The position numbers and the translations under genes are program-made. A DNA stretch of 64,000 bases. Source: Kondoa subrosea (Eukaryota). Location of the stretch: NCBI GenBank assembly GCA_039545335.1, contig BCIN01000003.1:558001-622000 (forward strand). Direction: 5' to 3'. Positions 1-14,047 of this stretch are shown here, piece after piece; within the stretch, counting starts at the first letter, position 1, and each line of letters opens with the position of its first letter. The notes beneath the pieces are model-generated. The model saw only the letters and a program-made list of their open reading frames with translations. It had not been told where the DNA came from and made no database searches.

Positions 1-135
1 ATACTTTATCCCTCTTGGAGATCCCATCAAACCACCAGGCGATCCAAAGGAGAAGAAAGATGGAGTTCCAGGTCGCGAAGCTGATCTCAACATCGGATGC
101 TGAAGCTGTGTTCGATGGATTGCTGCTGTCGACAT
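1..135 (-). CDS. 5' end of a hypothetical protein running off the left edge (MSTAAIHRTQLQHPMLRSASRPGTPSFF...)
   Basis: ATG (CAT at 133-135) with an open frame to the window edge and a TA-repeat/TATA-like stretch at ~148-156; no recognisable domain. Confidence 0.35.
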   Translation of the reverse strand, partial: MSTAAIHRTQLQHPMLRSASRPGTPSFFSFGSPGGLMGSPRGIKY

Positions 136-1542
136 GTTGGATTACGATATATATACACAAATGCAGGCCAGCTCTCTTTCTTAGAGCTACCTTGCGTTAT
201 GAATTTTGGCTAGAAAATTGTGTTGCACCGAAATGAGTAATAGGTTTTGCTTTCGCTCTATGCTGCCCTATCATACGTGCCGCCTGCATCAGACCTTGCC
301 AAATTGCAATGAGCGTGGCCGACTCACAAGAAAGGGACAAAGTCCGGGATTTATACTATGATGCTCGATATGACGAGCGATTTTCACTTGCTGGGTGACG
401 TCGTTTGCGTTCTTTTGTTCCGTGTAAAAGTAGCTTGAACGGGTCCCTGCTGCTAGACCGAGTGAACACACAGTGTTGTTATACGAAACAGGAGAACGGC
501 GATGACAAACAGCCTTTCGCAACGACTCGAAAGCCGAACATTGCCGGGTCACATAAATCTCTCGCAAAGGCATTGAATAGAAGCAAGGCTGCAGATAAGG
601 ATAGTCTACTGTGTTGTACCATCTCGCCCGCTGCTTCATGCCTTCGAGATCCAAATCAGCCACAGGTTCACTTCACTGGCCCGATTCCTTCGAAGCCTGA
701 GTTTGATGAAGGCCTCGTACTATAGTTGACTTCTTGTCTATCCGAAGGCCCTACGGGCTGGATCTAGCGAAAAAGAAGTCAATCGCCCGTACAGCGATTT
801 CCTAAGTTCCCTGAAAACGTACCGCAAATGACGCTTGTGGCGATACATAGAGGACTCCGGCATCTGCGTGAGTAATACACTCGGCATGAGATGCTGCTGC
901 TTCGCTCGGTAGTATGCGAAGTTTGAGAAGGATATTGAGTTTCAGCGGTCCGAACCGTTTGTACTCCGATGGATGGTCTGTACAACCCGGTAGTGCATCA
1001 AATGCTGGCTATGGTCCAGCCCGGAAGATGTACAAAGAGTGAGATTACTTGATTTCACATAAATGAAGAAGACTGTTCCGCTGTGCATTTGGCAATTCGA
1101 GGCATAACAGGTAGGTTTGAGAAGGGAGGAAGATTCGGCTGAGAAGAACGAGGGGAAAAAGACCGAAAGTCACACGAACTCATTACGAAGACATAGAGGC
1201 TCAGAGGCAGAGAATATTCTGGGCTGTACATACAAAATTCCGATCTCAGGGAGCAACAGGATCAGAATACGCCGATATCCACAAAATCACGACTGTAATG
1301 TGCTGGTATAAGAATAGAGAGCGCCAGCGATCGATCAGGAGCCAGAAGGGCAAAACACTGTGAGCAGAAGTCGATACGGAAAAATGTATGTTTTCGCTCG
1401 ACAGCTACTCGAGCCTACTTCGAACGTCACGACAACTGGTCTGTGTATAATCTGTAGAGAAGAGAACAAGTACATAGTGATAGCTGAAACTCAACAGACT
1501 GGGAGACAAATCAGCTTGAGGCCCAGAAATTAGAATTGACGG

Positions 1543-2888
1543 ATGAATCAACGAGAGGAGGATGCGGAACTGGCAGATATGGCCATGTCCGAGAGAGACA
1601 AGATGCAGAAAGGTCTGCCATATCGTGAGTCAGCTGTCACTGTATTGGATCAAGCTGAAGCTGAATGGCCATTTCAATAGTTGCGATGATAGATAGCGGC
1701 CTCGTCAAGGCGTAAGACTTGCGCTATTCGCTCCGCCTCGATCTTAATTGAGCTGCGTCAGTCGCTTGCGCATCCGGTCTCTTCTTCAAGGCGAGTTTTT
1801 GGCCAGGCATGCACTGAAGAATCTCGAGTTGATACCTTGTCAGCCTACAACAATCATCCTTGGCCGAAACCTGAAGATTACAATGAGCCAGCTGATTACT
1901 TTGGTCCGGACGAGCGAAGAGCGATACTTGCTGAAATCTTCAGATTGTCTCTGGAAGATGTCAAGAATCTGCCTCTGGAGATAGAGCCTCCGTTCTTCTG
2001 GTCTGTGCCGTACCTTCTTCTAGACGTCGAGCTGAATATTGGTAACCAGTGACTATGTATGTCCTTCTATCATCATCATTTCGATTAGCTAATTACAGAA
2101 TAGGGAGACAACATCATCTTTCAAGGACCATTCTATTCGAATTTCGGTCTACATATTCTCGATTGTGCAAAGGTTACTATTGGAGCAAGGTAATCGTCTG
2201 ACGCGTAATGCCTTCGCTGCGGCTGAACCTCAGTAAAAGAGTCTTGTGTGCTCCCTCAGTACACATATATGCCGCCACTCATTCAGGTATGCTTGACCTC
2301 ATCTTATGATCGTTCCCGGTCAACTTGCGGCAGTGGAGCTTGATGAACGAATGGCTGGATATGAGCGAGCCTATCCTGTTGAAATCGTGAGTATCCTGGC
2401 ACCTCCTCGGAACGGCCTAATCATGTCACATAGGGCGACGACTGCTGGATAGGTATTTCATTGACTTTCCAATCGAACGTTGCTTAAGTATTTAATAGGT
2501 GGTCAAGCCTGTTTGATCGGTCCTTGTAAAATCGGTAAGCTTCGTATGACACGACCTTGCGATTCAGTCATTGATGATCAAATCTGCAGGCAAAGGAGTA
2601 ACTGTAGCGGCCAATTCAGTAGTAAGAACAGATACAGACGTAACTGCGGAAGAAGAATTGACACTCTGCCCGCAGGTCCGAGGAGAGTTTCCTGATTACG
2701 TCGTGTGAGCCTTTTGATGCTCAAACTAGAGTATTGCTGAACATAAGATAGCATCGGTTCGCGCTACCGTCTGTCTCGACTGATGTCTCTCTTAAGTTGC
2801 GATTGGTGCAGGTGGAAGTCCAGCTCGGATACTCAAGCGTCTCTCGCCGCCAAGTGGAACAGTTGATGTCTCTGGCTACAGACCGTAG
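1543..2888 (+). CDS. Maltose/galactoside O-acetyltransferase (trimeric LpxA-like hexapeptide repeat), about 13 exons
   Basis: Manual splicing gives MSERDKMQKGLPY...IEPPFFCDYGDNIIFQGPFYSNFGLHILDCAKVTIGAR...HIYAATHS...YPVEIGDDCWIGG...IGKGVTVAANSV...VVIGGSPARILKRL, the standard Maa/LacA motifs. Confidence 0.9.
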
Positions 2889-3103
2889 CTTGATTCATCA
2901 GAGCGAGCGCTGCATGATCAGGCTGTAGCTCATTTGCTTCGAACGCTTGCCTATCTAATAAATTGAGCGTTGTGACGAGTAAACGAGCGCTAGTGCATGT
3001 ATTGCCATCCCTGTGACACATTTCCATAAAGCCGTCTGCACCATTTGTCAATTTCAAGATTTTTGCGATTGTATCCCTCTTCACGCTTCCACCACTTCTG
3101 GCC

Positions 3104-6100
3104 ATGACGAAGCGCACAAAGGCTATTGAGAACAAGCGCTTGATTGCTGCGGCAGGCTTTGACAGCGATGCCTCATTGACTGATCTGTCGAATCTCGAAA
3201 ACAACAATGAAACTGGTCAAGGCGATAAAAGCGGCTCTGATGCTAGCGATGACGAAGAAGACGACTCTGATGCATCTGATGATGATGAAGAAGAAGATCA
3301 GACTCACGAAAGCTCGGACGATGATTTCCTCGGTCCAGGCGAGAAACGCAATGCTCGCAAGAAAGGTGGAAAAGGCTCTGATGCTTCTGATTCGGAATCT
3401 GCTTATGAGACGGACTCGGAAAAGCCAAAGAAGATTCGCCGACGCCGCAAAATCCATTGGCCTGTTGAGCAACCTTTCAATGACCTGTCAGACGAGGTAA
3501 GTTACCTACTATCTATCTTCTTTCCCTTGCCGAAACTCTTCTCAAGCTCCTCATTATGATCTTCTCTTTCATTGAGCCTAAAACCAAATCTACCTTGCGC
3601 TTCAGTCAAACTTGCAAGCGTTTCAACAAGATCTCAAAAGGTTTGTTCTGCTGATGTCCTCAAGTATAACTTTGCTTAGGAAAAGATAGGAACCTTATGC
3701 CCGTTCTGAGTGGCTCATTCGACATTTCGGTTCAAACAACGCTTTGTATCACTTGATCCGAATTGGTTCTATCTGTGATGGGCCCACATTAGATTCACTT
3801 CTTGATGGATCTCGCGCACATGCTTCCAAATACTTGTTCCAATGTGCTATTCTTGCTCATGGCCGACGTGGACCTTACTTTCTACCCAAGTAGGTTTGCA
3901 GTCAACGAGATTTGCTTTAATTTGACGAGACATAGAACTTGGTGCAATCCAGAGACTATGCATTTTGCTGCTTATGCTGCTCTTACAAATAAAGCCTCTA
4001 CTTTGTATGGCTCCGAGATGAAGGCAGTCCGCAACAAATGCGACGATGAGGTAAACTCTATTCTAGTCAAAAAGACAGATCGAGCAATGAATTTTGTTGT
4101 TTCTCTAGATCATGCGTGTTTGGTGAGCTATTACTATTAGAGTGTCAGGACGAGATTTTTCTTAATGAAAGATGAAAACAGGCTTGGCTTCTAAAGAAAC
4201 TCGAGCGGAACTGCCACCTCGCTATAAACGTGACAGGCAGCCGTACTTTCGTGGACAGCCTAATCCTTGCGAATGGGTTGTACGCAATTGCAGTGCTGAC
4301 CAGAGAAATCAAGAACTGCTCAAATTTCAAAACGCTCCTCATCAATCATGGTTTTGCTGTGTTCATGCCAATGTAAGCTTTTTGCATATGCCGTAACAGT
4401 GCGCCAACCGAAGTCGCACAGGACCCGATTGCCGAAGTCATCCTCAAAGCCGATCAAAGAGATGCGACTGGGTTGCCGAAACTTGTCGAAAATGGATTCC
4501 GTATTACTCAGTCTTTTGCCGAAGCGACTTTCAAGTACATTGTCCGATCAACTGAATCTCATAATGACAAGTTGGAACTACTTGACCGCTTTACGGAATT
4601 GGCGCCGAATGTCTGCTTGATGACGTTCGACAAAGTCCTGGATCTGCTGAAGAGCAAACACAACCATCTGACGGACGATCAAATTGAGTTCCTGGAGCTG
4701 GTTATAGACACGTATCCTGCATACGAACGTTGTATCCGGTCAATTAGCTTTACTGTCTGCAACGGCTCTAGACACTGACTTTATACGCAGATTAGCCAGT
4801 GCTCAAGTATTGGAGCGTATCCATCTCTGGGTCTGTTCTCTGTGTTTCCGATGATTTCTGCTCATAAGAGCATGGTCGCAGAATTGCAACCACTTCGGTT
4901 TTTTCTACGCTTTACTGCTGCATCTACCACCTCTTATGGAAGGCAACCGTAAACATCTCGAAGAATCGGTTACCAACCTTGTGTTCTTTCTTTTGCAGGG
5001 CGAGTCAAATGTTAGAAAGCTCTTATTGGACAGAATCTTCTATACGAGGCAGAATCCTCCGAATGCATTTCAGAGCCGTACAATCGCTCGTGCTAGATCG
5101 ACTACAGTCGCAGAAGTCAAAACTGCTCTCGAAGCCATGGGAGTAAGCTAGTTTCTCGCTCGAATTAAAACAGCAGCATCCTGACATATTACTAACAGCT
5201 AACTTCATCGTCAGTGCTGTAGTTGGGCGCCGATGGTACAAGCCTGTGGTCCCGATTCCGGATCTTGTCACTTTGATTCGGGGAACCAAGAATTGCGAAG
5301 ATGGATTGCTGCGAGGTTGCATTGTTGCCCTGTGGAATAACCTTACTGTTGGGGGAAATCTCAGCATCGCTTCCAAGCTGACAGGTTCTGTCTCATTCTG
5401 ATAGGCACGTGTTCTCCTCGTACATCAATTGATGCCTGAGTTGCGGGAGAAGCTATCGAAGAAGATCCAGCTCGAGTTCGTCATCAAACCAGAGCTACTG
5501 AGTGTCCATCAAAGCTTCTTCTCGCCTCTTTGTCTGGATGATCAAAATGCTTCTTCCAAGACAAAATTCTATCCTGCTCCTAAGCAAGATTCCACATGGA
5601 GATCTGAGGTATCACAGAAGGCTGAGAGCCCTGTCGGAGGAACACGTGATGGAAGGCAAGTGCAAGCGCTGCTGGTAAGTCGCTCTTTTGAATCAATGGC
5701 TTCGCTGACCAATGCAGCAGACGCTGTATCCGGACGATGAGAAGCTCAAGCGTCTTTTATTGCTACAGTAAGACTTAAGTTCGATTGTTGCTCCTCCTCA
5801 TGCTTTGCTTTAAGTGTTTCTCTCAATCGCAATAAGCATCTCACAGATCTCGTCCTCGACACACTGAAGACTGTGGATCTACGTCTCTTCACCTGTCTTG
5901 CCCGAGCTCATGTCAAGCCTCGATCGTCACATTTCAACGCTATGCTCAAATCAACTGTCGATAGCGGTTTGCCTCATTCAAACCCAATCAAGAGCGATCT
6001 TAAAGCATGGAAGAAGGCTTTGGAATGTTTGACGGAGCAATACCCAGACGCACCAGAGCAAGCGAAAGGCGGAACATTTGTCAAGGTGCGATCTTTGAAT

Positions 6101-6227
6101 TGCTTTAATCGTGGTTTGACATCCTGCGCAGGAAGTTCAACAATGGATTCAGCCTATTACCAGTATGGTTGAAAAGCTACGCAACGCGGAACAGAAAGCT
6201 AGTCGCGCGCAAAGCCAAGAGTTGTAG
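3104..6227 (+). CDS. Uncharacterised fungal protein with acidic N-terminus and F-box-like segment
   Basis: Multi-exon; acidic low-complexity start, then PFNDLSDE...QTCKRFNKISK/EPYARSEWLIRHFGSNNALYHLIRIG, resembling an F-box plus the 'DPYxRxxW/F' motif I recall from uncharacterised fungal proteins. Confidence 0.55.
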
Positions 6228-6465
6228 ATCACTTCAGGGTCTAAAACGGTCTTTGCTGCATGGTTTCGGGGACAGGTAGAGCTGCATGCTCCATGATCCT
6301 TTGTTTCCCCTAGCCAAACAGTGCAATGACCAGACTGTTCGAATTTCCTGTTCGAATTTCTTCACTTTCGCTTTCTTGACCCAAAACCATAATCGAGCTG
6401 AAGTCTCGTATACCTTCACATTTGCATCAGAGCCACCTTAGCAAAGCATCAAGATACCCTGAGTT

Positions 6466-7712
6466 ATGGCACCTTGTGCATTATGTGATGCCCGAGCGAT
6501 TCTCAAAAGACCGAAAACTGGTCAATCAGTCTGCAAAAACTGCTTCTTCCGAGTCTTTGAAACCGAAATCCACAATACCATCAAAGACACGAATCTGTTT
6601 AGGCGAGGAGAGCGAGTAGGGATAGCTGCAAGCGGTGGCAAGGATTCAACTGTTCTGGCACATATAATGACTCTGCTCAATGAGAGATACGACTATGGCT
6701 TGGATTTATGCTTGTTGAGTATCGATGAAGGGATAGCAGGGTATAGGGATGCCAGTCTGGACACAGTCAAACGAAATGCGGAACAGTATAACTTATCCCT
6801 GAAGATTCTGTCTTACGATGAGTTGTATGGAGGCTGGACAATGGATAAGGTTGTCAAGGAGACAGGCAAGAAAGGCAATTGTTAGTACTTTCTCTGTTAC
6901 TTAGCTTTTTCTTCCAACTGATATTGGTACATCAAGGCACATATTGTGGTGTCTTCCGACGTCAAGCACTCGATAAAGGCGGTTACATACTACAAGTGGA
7001 ACATATTGTCACTGGACACAACGCAGATGATGTAGCTGAGACAGTCTTAATGAACGGTTAGTGATCTTACAAAGCGTTATTCGGTCAAGCTTATATCGAT
7101 GAAAGTTCTACGCGGCGATATAGCAAGAGTCGAACGATGTACAGCTATTACAACGGGAGGAGACTCCAATTCGAGTGATACTGTCAAGCGCAGCAAGCCG
7201 TTTAAATATGCCTACGAGAAAGAGATTGTCATGTTCGTGTATCGTTCTTCATATTCTCACCATATTCTGACTATTCGATTCTACAGGTATGCATATTTTA
7301 AGGTCATCTCTTACATTTGATGTTTTGTCGCAGTAGGCTGATCTGATCTACACCACAGAAACTCGATTACCATTCGACGGAATGTATATACTCACCAACA
7401 GCTTATCGTGGGCATGCAAGAGCTTTAGTGAAAGATCTAGAAGCAGCTCGACCTTCCGCAATTATCGATATTATCTATTCAGGCGAAGCTATGGCAGCCA
7501 TGGTCAAGAAAGATGTACGACGACCTACTTCGAGGCTATGTGAGCGCTGTGGAAGTATGAGCAGTCAAGCGTTGTGTCAAGCCTGCGCATTGATGGATAC
7601 GTTGAATCAAGGGATCGCAAAGCTCGATATAAGTCGACCAAGGAAGGAGAGTAAGGCAGCTGGACTTGTAACGGGTACGAGGCCTAGTGAGGTGATTGAA
7701 GGGACGGCGTAA
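6466..7712 (+). CDS. NCS6: Cytoplasmic tRNA 2-thiolation protein 1
   Basis: N-terminal CxxC pairs, PP-loop [47 protein letters not shown]-terminal CERCG...CQAC. Confidence 0.96.
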
Positions 7713-8099
7713 ATTGAGTTTGGCGGGTTGCAGGGTAAATTGTGAGTTCGCCATTAAAGTATTTCAACTTATCTCAATTTGGGCTTTCCGGTAGTTACAT
7801 ACTCCCAGATCAACTATATCGAGGTGCGATGTTCCGCGCACAAGTTTGCTAACTGGTCCAAAGGTGAGTTTTGTGTTTTCCAATGAGATCTTTAGTTAAT
7901 CGCGACACAAGGCCTATTGGAGTCAAGAGCAAAAATTGCGATACAGTAGCACGCGGAAAGACGAGTCTGCTGGGCCGGGTTTTTCATGACAAAGCAATGA
8001 CTTTCGTGGTTGTCTTCTTGTCTTTAAACCATTTCCATTGCTTGCAATCTTAATGCAGGATCATGGCGTTAGAAGCGCTATCTCTTGCTCTCGACAGCC

Positions 8100-9639
8100 A
8101 TGTCGTCGCTAATTGGATGCTTCGCTGGGTATCCTGAACTGATTGAACAAAATGCCGAGGCCCTTGACTTCCATGCCTGTGCGAACAGCTGCCTAACGCG
8201 GCGCCTCGCGATTGCTGCTTTAAACTCTGCTCATTGCTACTGCGGTTCTCTGCTACCTTACGCAGGAGTGAGTCGTGACGCTCTGCCAGAGTCTTTTCCT
8301 ATCTTATCTAGTCTATCTCTATAAAGCATTTGCCCGCTTCAGCATGTGCTCTCCCTTGTCCTGCTAATTCTACCAATCGATGTGGCTCAATCCTCACCGC
8401 TTTCAGCTATATCTATGCAAATTACACAGAGCCCATTCTTCAACAGCCTTTGCCCATCGAGCGTATGAAACAGGAAAATGAATGGAAGCTCGCTACGATA
8501 GCTAGTTTGGTATGTGATACGTGAACGCGGAAGCTCTTGTTAATGCTAAGTGCAGAGCTCTCTTATGGTCGCATTGCTTCTTGGCTTGCTACTCTACATT
8601 CTGCTCAAAAAGTCAAAGAAGGCCAAAAGATTGATCAAGAACTGGACATCTACAACTCGTCCACTCGAATTGCCATCTGCTACAACAGCAGATTGGGAAA
8701 ACAAGGTGGTCTTTGATGTCAATGCCAAGTCCGCCTTGGTGAGCACCAAATCTTTGCTATCGACGAGCTCAGTGCTCTGGTCTAGAAGAGGATCAGTACC
8801 AACTCAGTATGGTGAGAATGGGGAAGAGTTGGTATCGGTACAAAAGAGGAAGACAGAATTCGGTATTGGAGATGAGATTCTGCCCTACAACATCCATCCA
8901 GATTTCAGTCGTGAAGATCTTCCAGCAAGTGATCCTGGTCATGGTCAATTGGACTCGTTCGGCAGTGCCTCGCTCAAACGAAGTATGAGTTGGTCTGGCA
9001 ATCATGTTCATTTTCAGCCTTCCACCTCTTCCAGCTTCTCTCCCTCTCCTTCTATCGATTCAGGTCATCTGAAGAGACCCTTCTACCCAAGGTCAAGTTC
9101 AGCTGCAAACGTTATCGTACCGGAATCTGCTTATGTTGCTTCTGGTCGACAACGACACAAACGTAGTGGATCAGCTCCTGGTGAGCTATCTTTCACCTCG
9201 ACTCCTCCTCCAATCATGGAGTATTCGGATGACTACTCATTTCCCTCTGGCCATCAGGGGAAGGTAGCGAAAACCGTCGCACAAGGCTATGAGACAAAAG
9301 AGAGAAGATCATCAAGCAATAAGTTGGGGCATGAGGCAGGCGCACAAGCTGATATTTCGCGAGTCGGGAAAAGCAATGAAAATCTTTCAAATGCAGCAAG
9401 TAAAGACGACCCTTCACATCTCGCGAGCGTTGGTGAACCTCTTTCTCACCCTCGTCTACCTCTTCAAGACCAAGATTCACCTCCGCACCTTCTTCTCTGC
9501 ACGTTCCGGAGCGACGTGGCTCGATAACCCCGAAAATCCAGGTCAGACAGGAAGTAAATCCCATTCACGACCTAGTCATCCCGAAGAGAATGAGCTCAGC
9601 TGGAGATACGCTTACGAGCTCTACAAGTCGATCGCTTGA
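8100..9639 (+). CDS. WSC-domain single-pass membrane protein (cell-wall sensor-like); start and end uncertain
   Basis: IGCF...CANSC...AHCYCG...C..PC..N.TNRCG cysteine pattern of a WSC domain, hydrophobic TM (LMVALLLGLLLYILL) followed by KKSKK and a Ser-rich tail. Confidence 0.7.
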
Positions 9640-10188
9640 TCATGTACCTTCTATCGCTTCGATGCCTCGAATGGATTTATTCGTCAGTCTTCAACGTTGA
9701 AATATCGTGTTTGGACGAGCTGATTGATTACAGGCAACAGTGCGTAAACCCAGACAATCGAAGGACTCCTAGTCTATCAGAACAGTCTGCAGTATGAAAG
9801 TATGAAAGGCTCTTTCAAAATGCCTTGTTGAGGCAAATCTTGTAGATCAGGGATCGGTATACCTGCATGCAATTGTTAGCGTAATCAATGTCAATCTAAG
9901 ATACCTCTAGCTGTGTTCGCCGAAGTCAGATCTCTCGCCCGAGCCGCCGCGTCATTCGAAATAGTCAGCTTGTTTTGCCCTTCTTCTGTGCTTCTCTTGC
10001 TCCCGTGCCAACTCATCTTGCTCACTGCTACTTTGACACAACTTTGCGCGACACATACTACTGTCTTGACTGCTCAACCTCTTTGTGAAAGCAGCAGATC
10101 GATTTCTTCTACTTGCAGTACATCTGCGCCTCTACCTTCAGATTATACATCTCAACCAAATCTGGCAGCTCGTCGAATAGCTCGCTCA

Positions 10189-11929
10189 ATGGCTGTCGCA
10201 GAATCGCAGTGGACTTTCCCTTCTACTTGGAAAGCATCTCTATCGCACTGGTGGTCTCACAATGTCAATGCCGGTGCAGAAGCAGAAGAAGCTCTAGTCC
10301 GTCGTGGTCTTGGTTCTTCCATTCCACTAGTCAGCGAAGCAGAAGCGGACGAACAGAAAACAGGCAAGAGAGGTGTCTTTCACAAGGTACAACTGAAAGG
10401 CAAAGATCCGCGTTATTACCTGAATGCACTGGAAGTAGGCAGCTATAGCAAGAGTTCAACTGAAAACGTTACTCTGGTCTGTCATGGTTACGGAAACGCT
10501 CTTGGTTTCTTCTGGCAAAACTATGGCGCTTTCTCTTCCGTACCTAATTCAAGACTCTACTATCTAGATTGGTTAGGCATGGGTCGATCAGGTCGACCTT
10601 CTTTCCCTTCGATCAAACAGAAAGGCGATTCGCAAGAAGCGGTACAAGCGAGAGTCAGTGAAGCAGAAGAATTCTTTCTTTCGTCGCTGGAAGAGTTCCG
10701 TGAGAGGGTAGGAGCTGAAAAAGTCACTCTTGTTGGCCACTCCATAGGTGGCTATCTTGGAGCCGCCTATGCGCTCAAATATCCTGAAAGGGTTAAGAAG
10801 CTCATCCGTATGTTTTGTCGCGTTTCCCGAGCTATAACTTAGCTGACAATATATTTTATAGTCATCTCTGTATGTCCGTCTCTAGTAGAGTCTGTCTCAC
10901 CTGACGTAAACTTAGCCCGTTGGAGTGCCGAAGAGTCCCTATCGTTCTTCCTCTGCGCAGACCGAACATGATGCGAAAGCCAAGCGAGAAGGATCAAATT
11001 CAAGTGAAGATGATGCTCCAGCAGAATTGGGCGCTGCTGCAGCTTCACCCGAAACTCTTCAGAAGGCTCCCAATACATGGTGGGTAAGTACATTTCATGG
11101 ATACATGCCACCATCTGTCTGACTCTGCAGTAGACCAAACTTTGGGAAGCCAATGTCAGCCCGTTCTCAATCATTCGAGCTTCGACTTTCCTTGGACCAT
11201 CTTTGATATCGCGATGTAAGCTCTGCCTTGAAGCACCCAATAAGCAATAAAGCTCATACCGAAATCAGATGCTGCGAGACGATTCTCTACTTTCCCAACT
11301 GATACGCAGCAAGAACTCTTCCAATACCTCTACACAATATCGAAAGATCGCGGATCTGGAGAATATTGCCTTGCACATCTTCTGGCACCAGGGGCTTACG
11401 CGAGATGGCCTCTGATAGATAGAATGGATGGTCTGAAGATTCCAGGTAAGTCTTGCACTCCCTGCTTCCTGGGAGACTATTTGATCACTAATCTCTACAA
11501 TCAGTGACTTTCATTTATGGAGAGTGAGTCCAATTCAAGCTGTCTTGTGTCTCAATACTTACGCAAATGTGAAGTCATGATTGGATGGAGTTAGTCGTTC
11601 TATTCATCTTTCTGATGTGTACTAATCAGACGGTACAGCGAAAAAGGCGGATATGATGTAGTTCGAAGACTGAAGGCGAAGCCAATTACTGAAGATACCA
11701 AAATTCAGAAGGCTCAGTCAAGAGTCATCATCAATGAGCATAGCGGACACTGGGTTCGTTTTTCCGATCCGTAAACTGTTTTGGAAACTTGCGCTGATTG
11801 TCCAATTAGGTACATCTCGAGAATCCCAAAGGCTTCGATGCTATCATTAAGAGAGGTGAGCAAAGCTGAGCTTCTCGCTGAGCCCGCTGACATGTATCTC
11901 TAGAAATGCAAGAGGCTGCCGATTTGTAG
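10189..11929 (+). CDS. Alpha/beta hydrolase of the ABHD4/ABHD5 / Cld1-Ict1 family
   Basis: CHGYG oxyanion motif, DWLGMGRSGRP, nucleophile GHSIGG, YGDHDWMD, GHWVHLENP (Hx4E variant); many micro-exons; N-terminus may extend upstream. Confidence 0.88.
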
Positions 11930-12100
11930 ATCCACGCATTATTACACGGACACTACACTGTGTACATAATATTGTAGAGGGCATTGCTAGTAGACAGCAT
12001 GAGATCATCAATGATGTATTAGATTCTTGAAAGCTTTACCTGCCTTCCTTGTCTGCCTCCAGCGACGCATTTTCTCCCACGGGATCTCGCGCACAGTCGT

Positions 12101-13963
12101 ATGGTTCAGTCTCCGAGTCGTCTTACAAGATTCTCTAGGCGCGTCACAGCAACCTGTCTTGCATTGCAACTTGATCTTTATACGGAATTCCGAACAGAGA
12201 TCCTGCCAGCTGGCCAGATAAGCCTGTTGTTATTCTCTCCGGTGGTAACTCGGGCGTAGGTGCGCTAATCCTGTCAACTATGATCCGCCTTGAATTGTGC
12301 TATAAGGATTCGGCATCGCAACACGATTGATCGAGCAACTCTCGCAATCTGTAGCTACGGATCTACAGACTGCTGTTCCTTCTATAGCGTCTTCTTCTAA
12401 AGACAAACGCTCTTCCTTCGTGAGTTTCTTCGGACAGCAATTGCAGCAAATGCTGAAGTCGCCCGCAATCAGAACACTCCAAATGGTCTAACTTTGGTCA
12501 TAGCCAGCCGAAACGCTGTGAAAGCACACAAAGCATGTACTGCTTTACTTCGAGCAGCAGGCAAGAAACGACCTCAAGGTGGATTGGAAACCTACATCTG
12601 GAAAGAGAAACGCAAACGCAGAGTTATGAGCAACACATCTGCAGACGGTGCTACTTTGGATGTATCTACGCTGGCGAAGCAAAGTCTCACTGAAGCGGAA
12701 TACGAACGACATTGGTTGGAAGGTCTTCGAGTAGAATTCGTTCCTCTGGATTTGAGTAGCGTCGATAGCACTTTAGCTTGTGCAGAAGAAATCAAGCGTC
12801 GCTATCCTTATATTACTCATCTTATGCTGAACGCTGGCAGCGGACCTTTCACGGGCCTCGACTATATTGCGTGTACAAAGCATCTGCTTACCGATTTCTT
12901 CGGTGCTTTGACGAGACCAATGTATGCTATCCAAAGTGTCGGTCTGATGACGGAGGATGGACTAGGGTGAGACATTTCCGAAGATGTGGAAAGTCTAAAG
13001 CTGATTTGTTAATAGCTGGACCTTTCAGACCAACATTTTCGGCCACTATTTACTGGTCAATAGCTATCCCAAGTCATTGGCTTGCTGATCGCTGAGCTCT
13101 GTGCACAGGCTCAAGAAGTACTTCCACTTCTGTACAAATCGCATCACTCAGAACCACGAATAAGCTGGACAGGATCCCTTGACGGTTTACCAGAAACTTA
13201 CGACAGCAAAGACTACCAAGGCATAGAAGCTGAATTTGGTTACCATGCTGTCAAATATCAGTCGAGTCTTTGCGCATGGGGATTCAATCGGTTTCTGGAG
13301 AAATACGAGCAAGAAAATCCGGTCGAGACCAAAGGCAAGCATGCCCGGTCTTTTCTTGTGCATCCAGGGGTGACAGCAGTATGTCCTGATTGCCCTATCT
13401 CCACAATTAAGCTTAGCTCGTAAACAGGGAAACATGTTTGTTGAAATAATTGGAGTCTATTTGGACTATTTGATGAAACTGCTCTTTTACTTTGTAGGCT
13501 TCTCGATTCTTAAGTAGTAAGAAGCTTATTCAAGAGGGGTATAGGTGCGATTACTCGGATCACCACATCACGTAGTTTCAGCACGCAAAGCAGCTATAGC
13601 TTTCACCTATGTGGCTCTAGCTCCTTTCAGTCTGCTTGCATTACACTTGGCAGAAGCGGAAGATGTGCCGACTCTTAAAAGCGAGCACAAAGACGCGGAT
13701 CTTATCACTTGGGCTCCATTACGGTATGCTGAGAAGCCCTTCGATACCACTAAAGATTAAAATATGATCGTCACAGATTTGGCGCTCGTTGCACGAGGTT
13801 AGGAAAAGAACATTGTGGAATAGATGTTATTGAAAGTCCTGTCAACGGTTCGGAAAACGACTTGTGGATAAACGAGAAACTCGCAGAGGAATGCATACAG
13901 CAATGTGAAGACTTGCGAATCGGCTTCATGAGGGTTAAGAAGGGCGGCAACATTATTGAATGA
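12101..13963 (+). CDS. ERG27: 3-keto-steroid reductase (SDR); start approximate
   Basis: VVILSGGNSGVGFGIA Rossmann motif, LVIASRN, LDLSSV, LMLNAG, DGLGWTFQTNIFGHY, YHAVK (YxxxK), VHPGV. Confidence 0.85.
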
Positions 13964-14047
13964 GTGATACAACAGGTCATCTAAAAGTATACCTCTATTC
14001 TGTACAATACGCTATCTGACATCTAATGGATTGCATGCATGCATTGT

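Noticed and set aside
289..1450. Minus-strand ORF fragments suggesting a spliced gene
   Set aside because: Could not assemble a consistent reading frame or recognise a domain
3230..3400. ggctctgatgc/SDASD repeats
   Set aside because: Ordinary low-complexity acidic coding repeats, not an array
6335..6360. 13-nt tandem repeat ctgttcgaatttc x2 upstream of NCS6
   Set aside because: Only two copies; does not match a proper heat-shock element spacing; no supporting evidence
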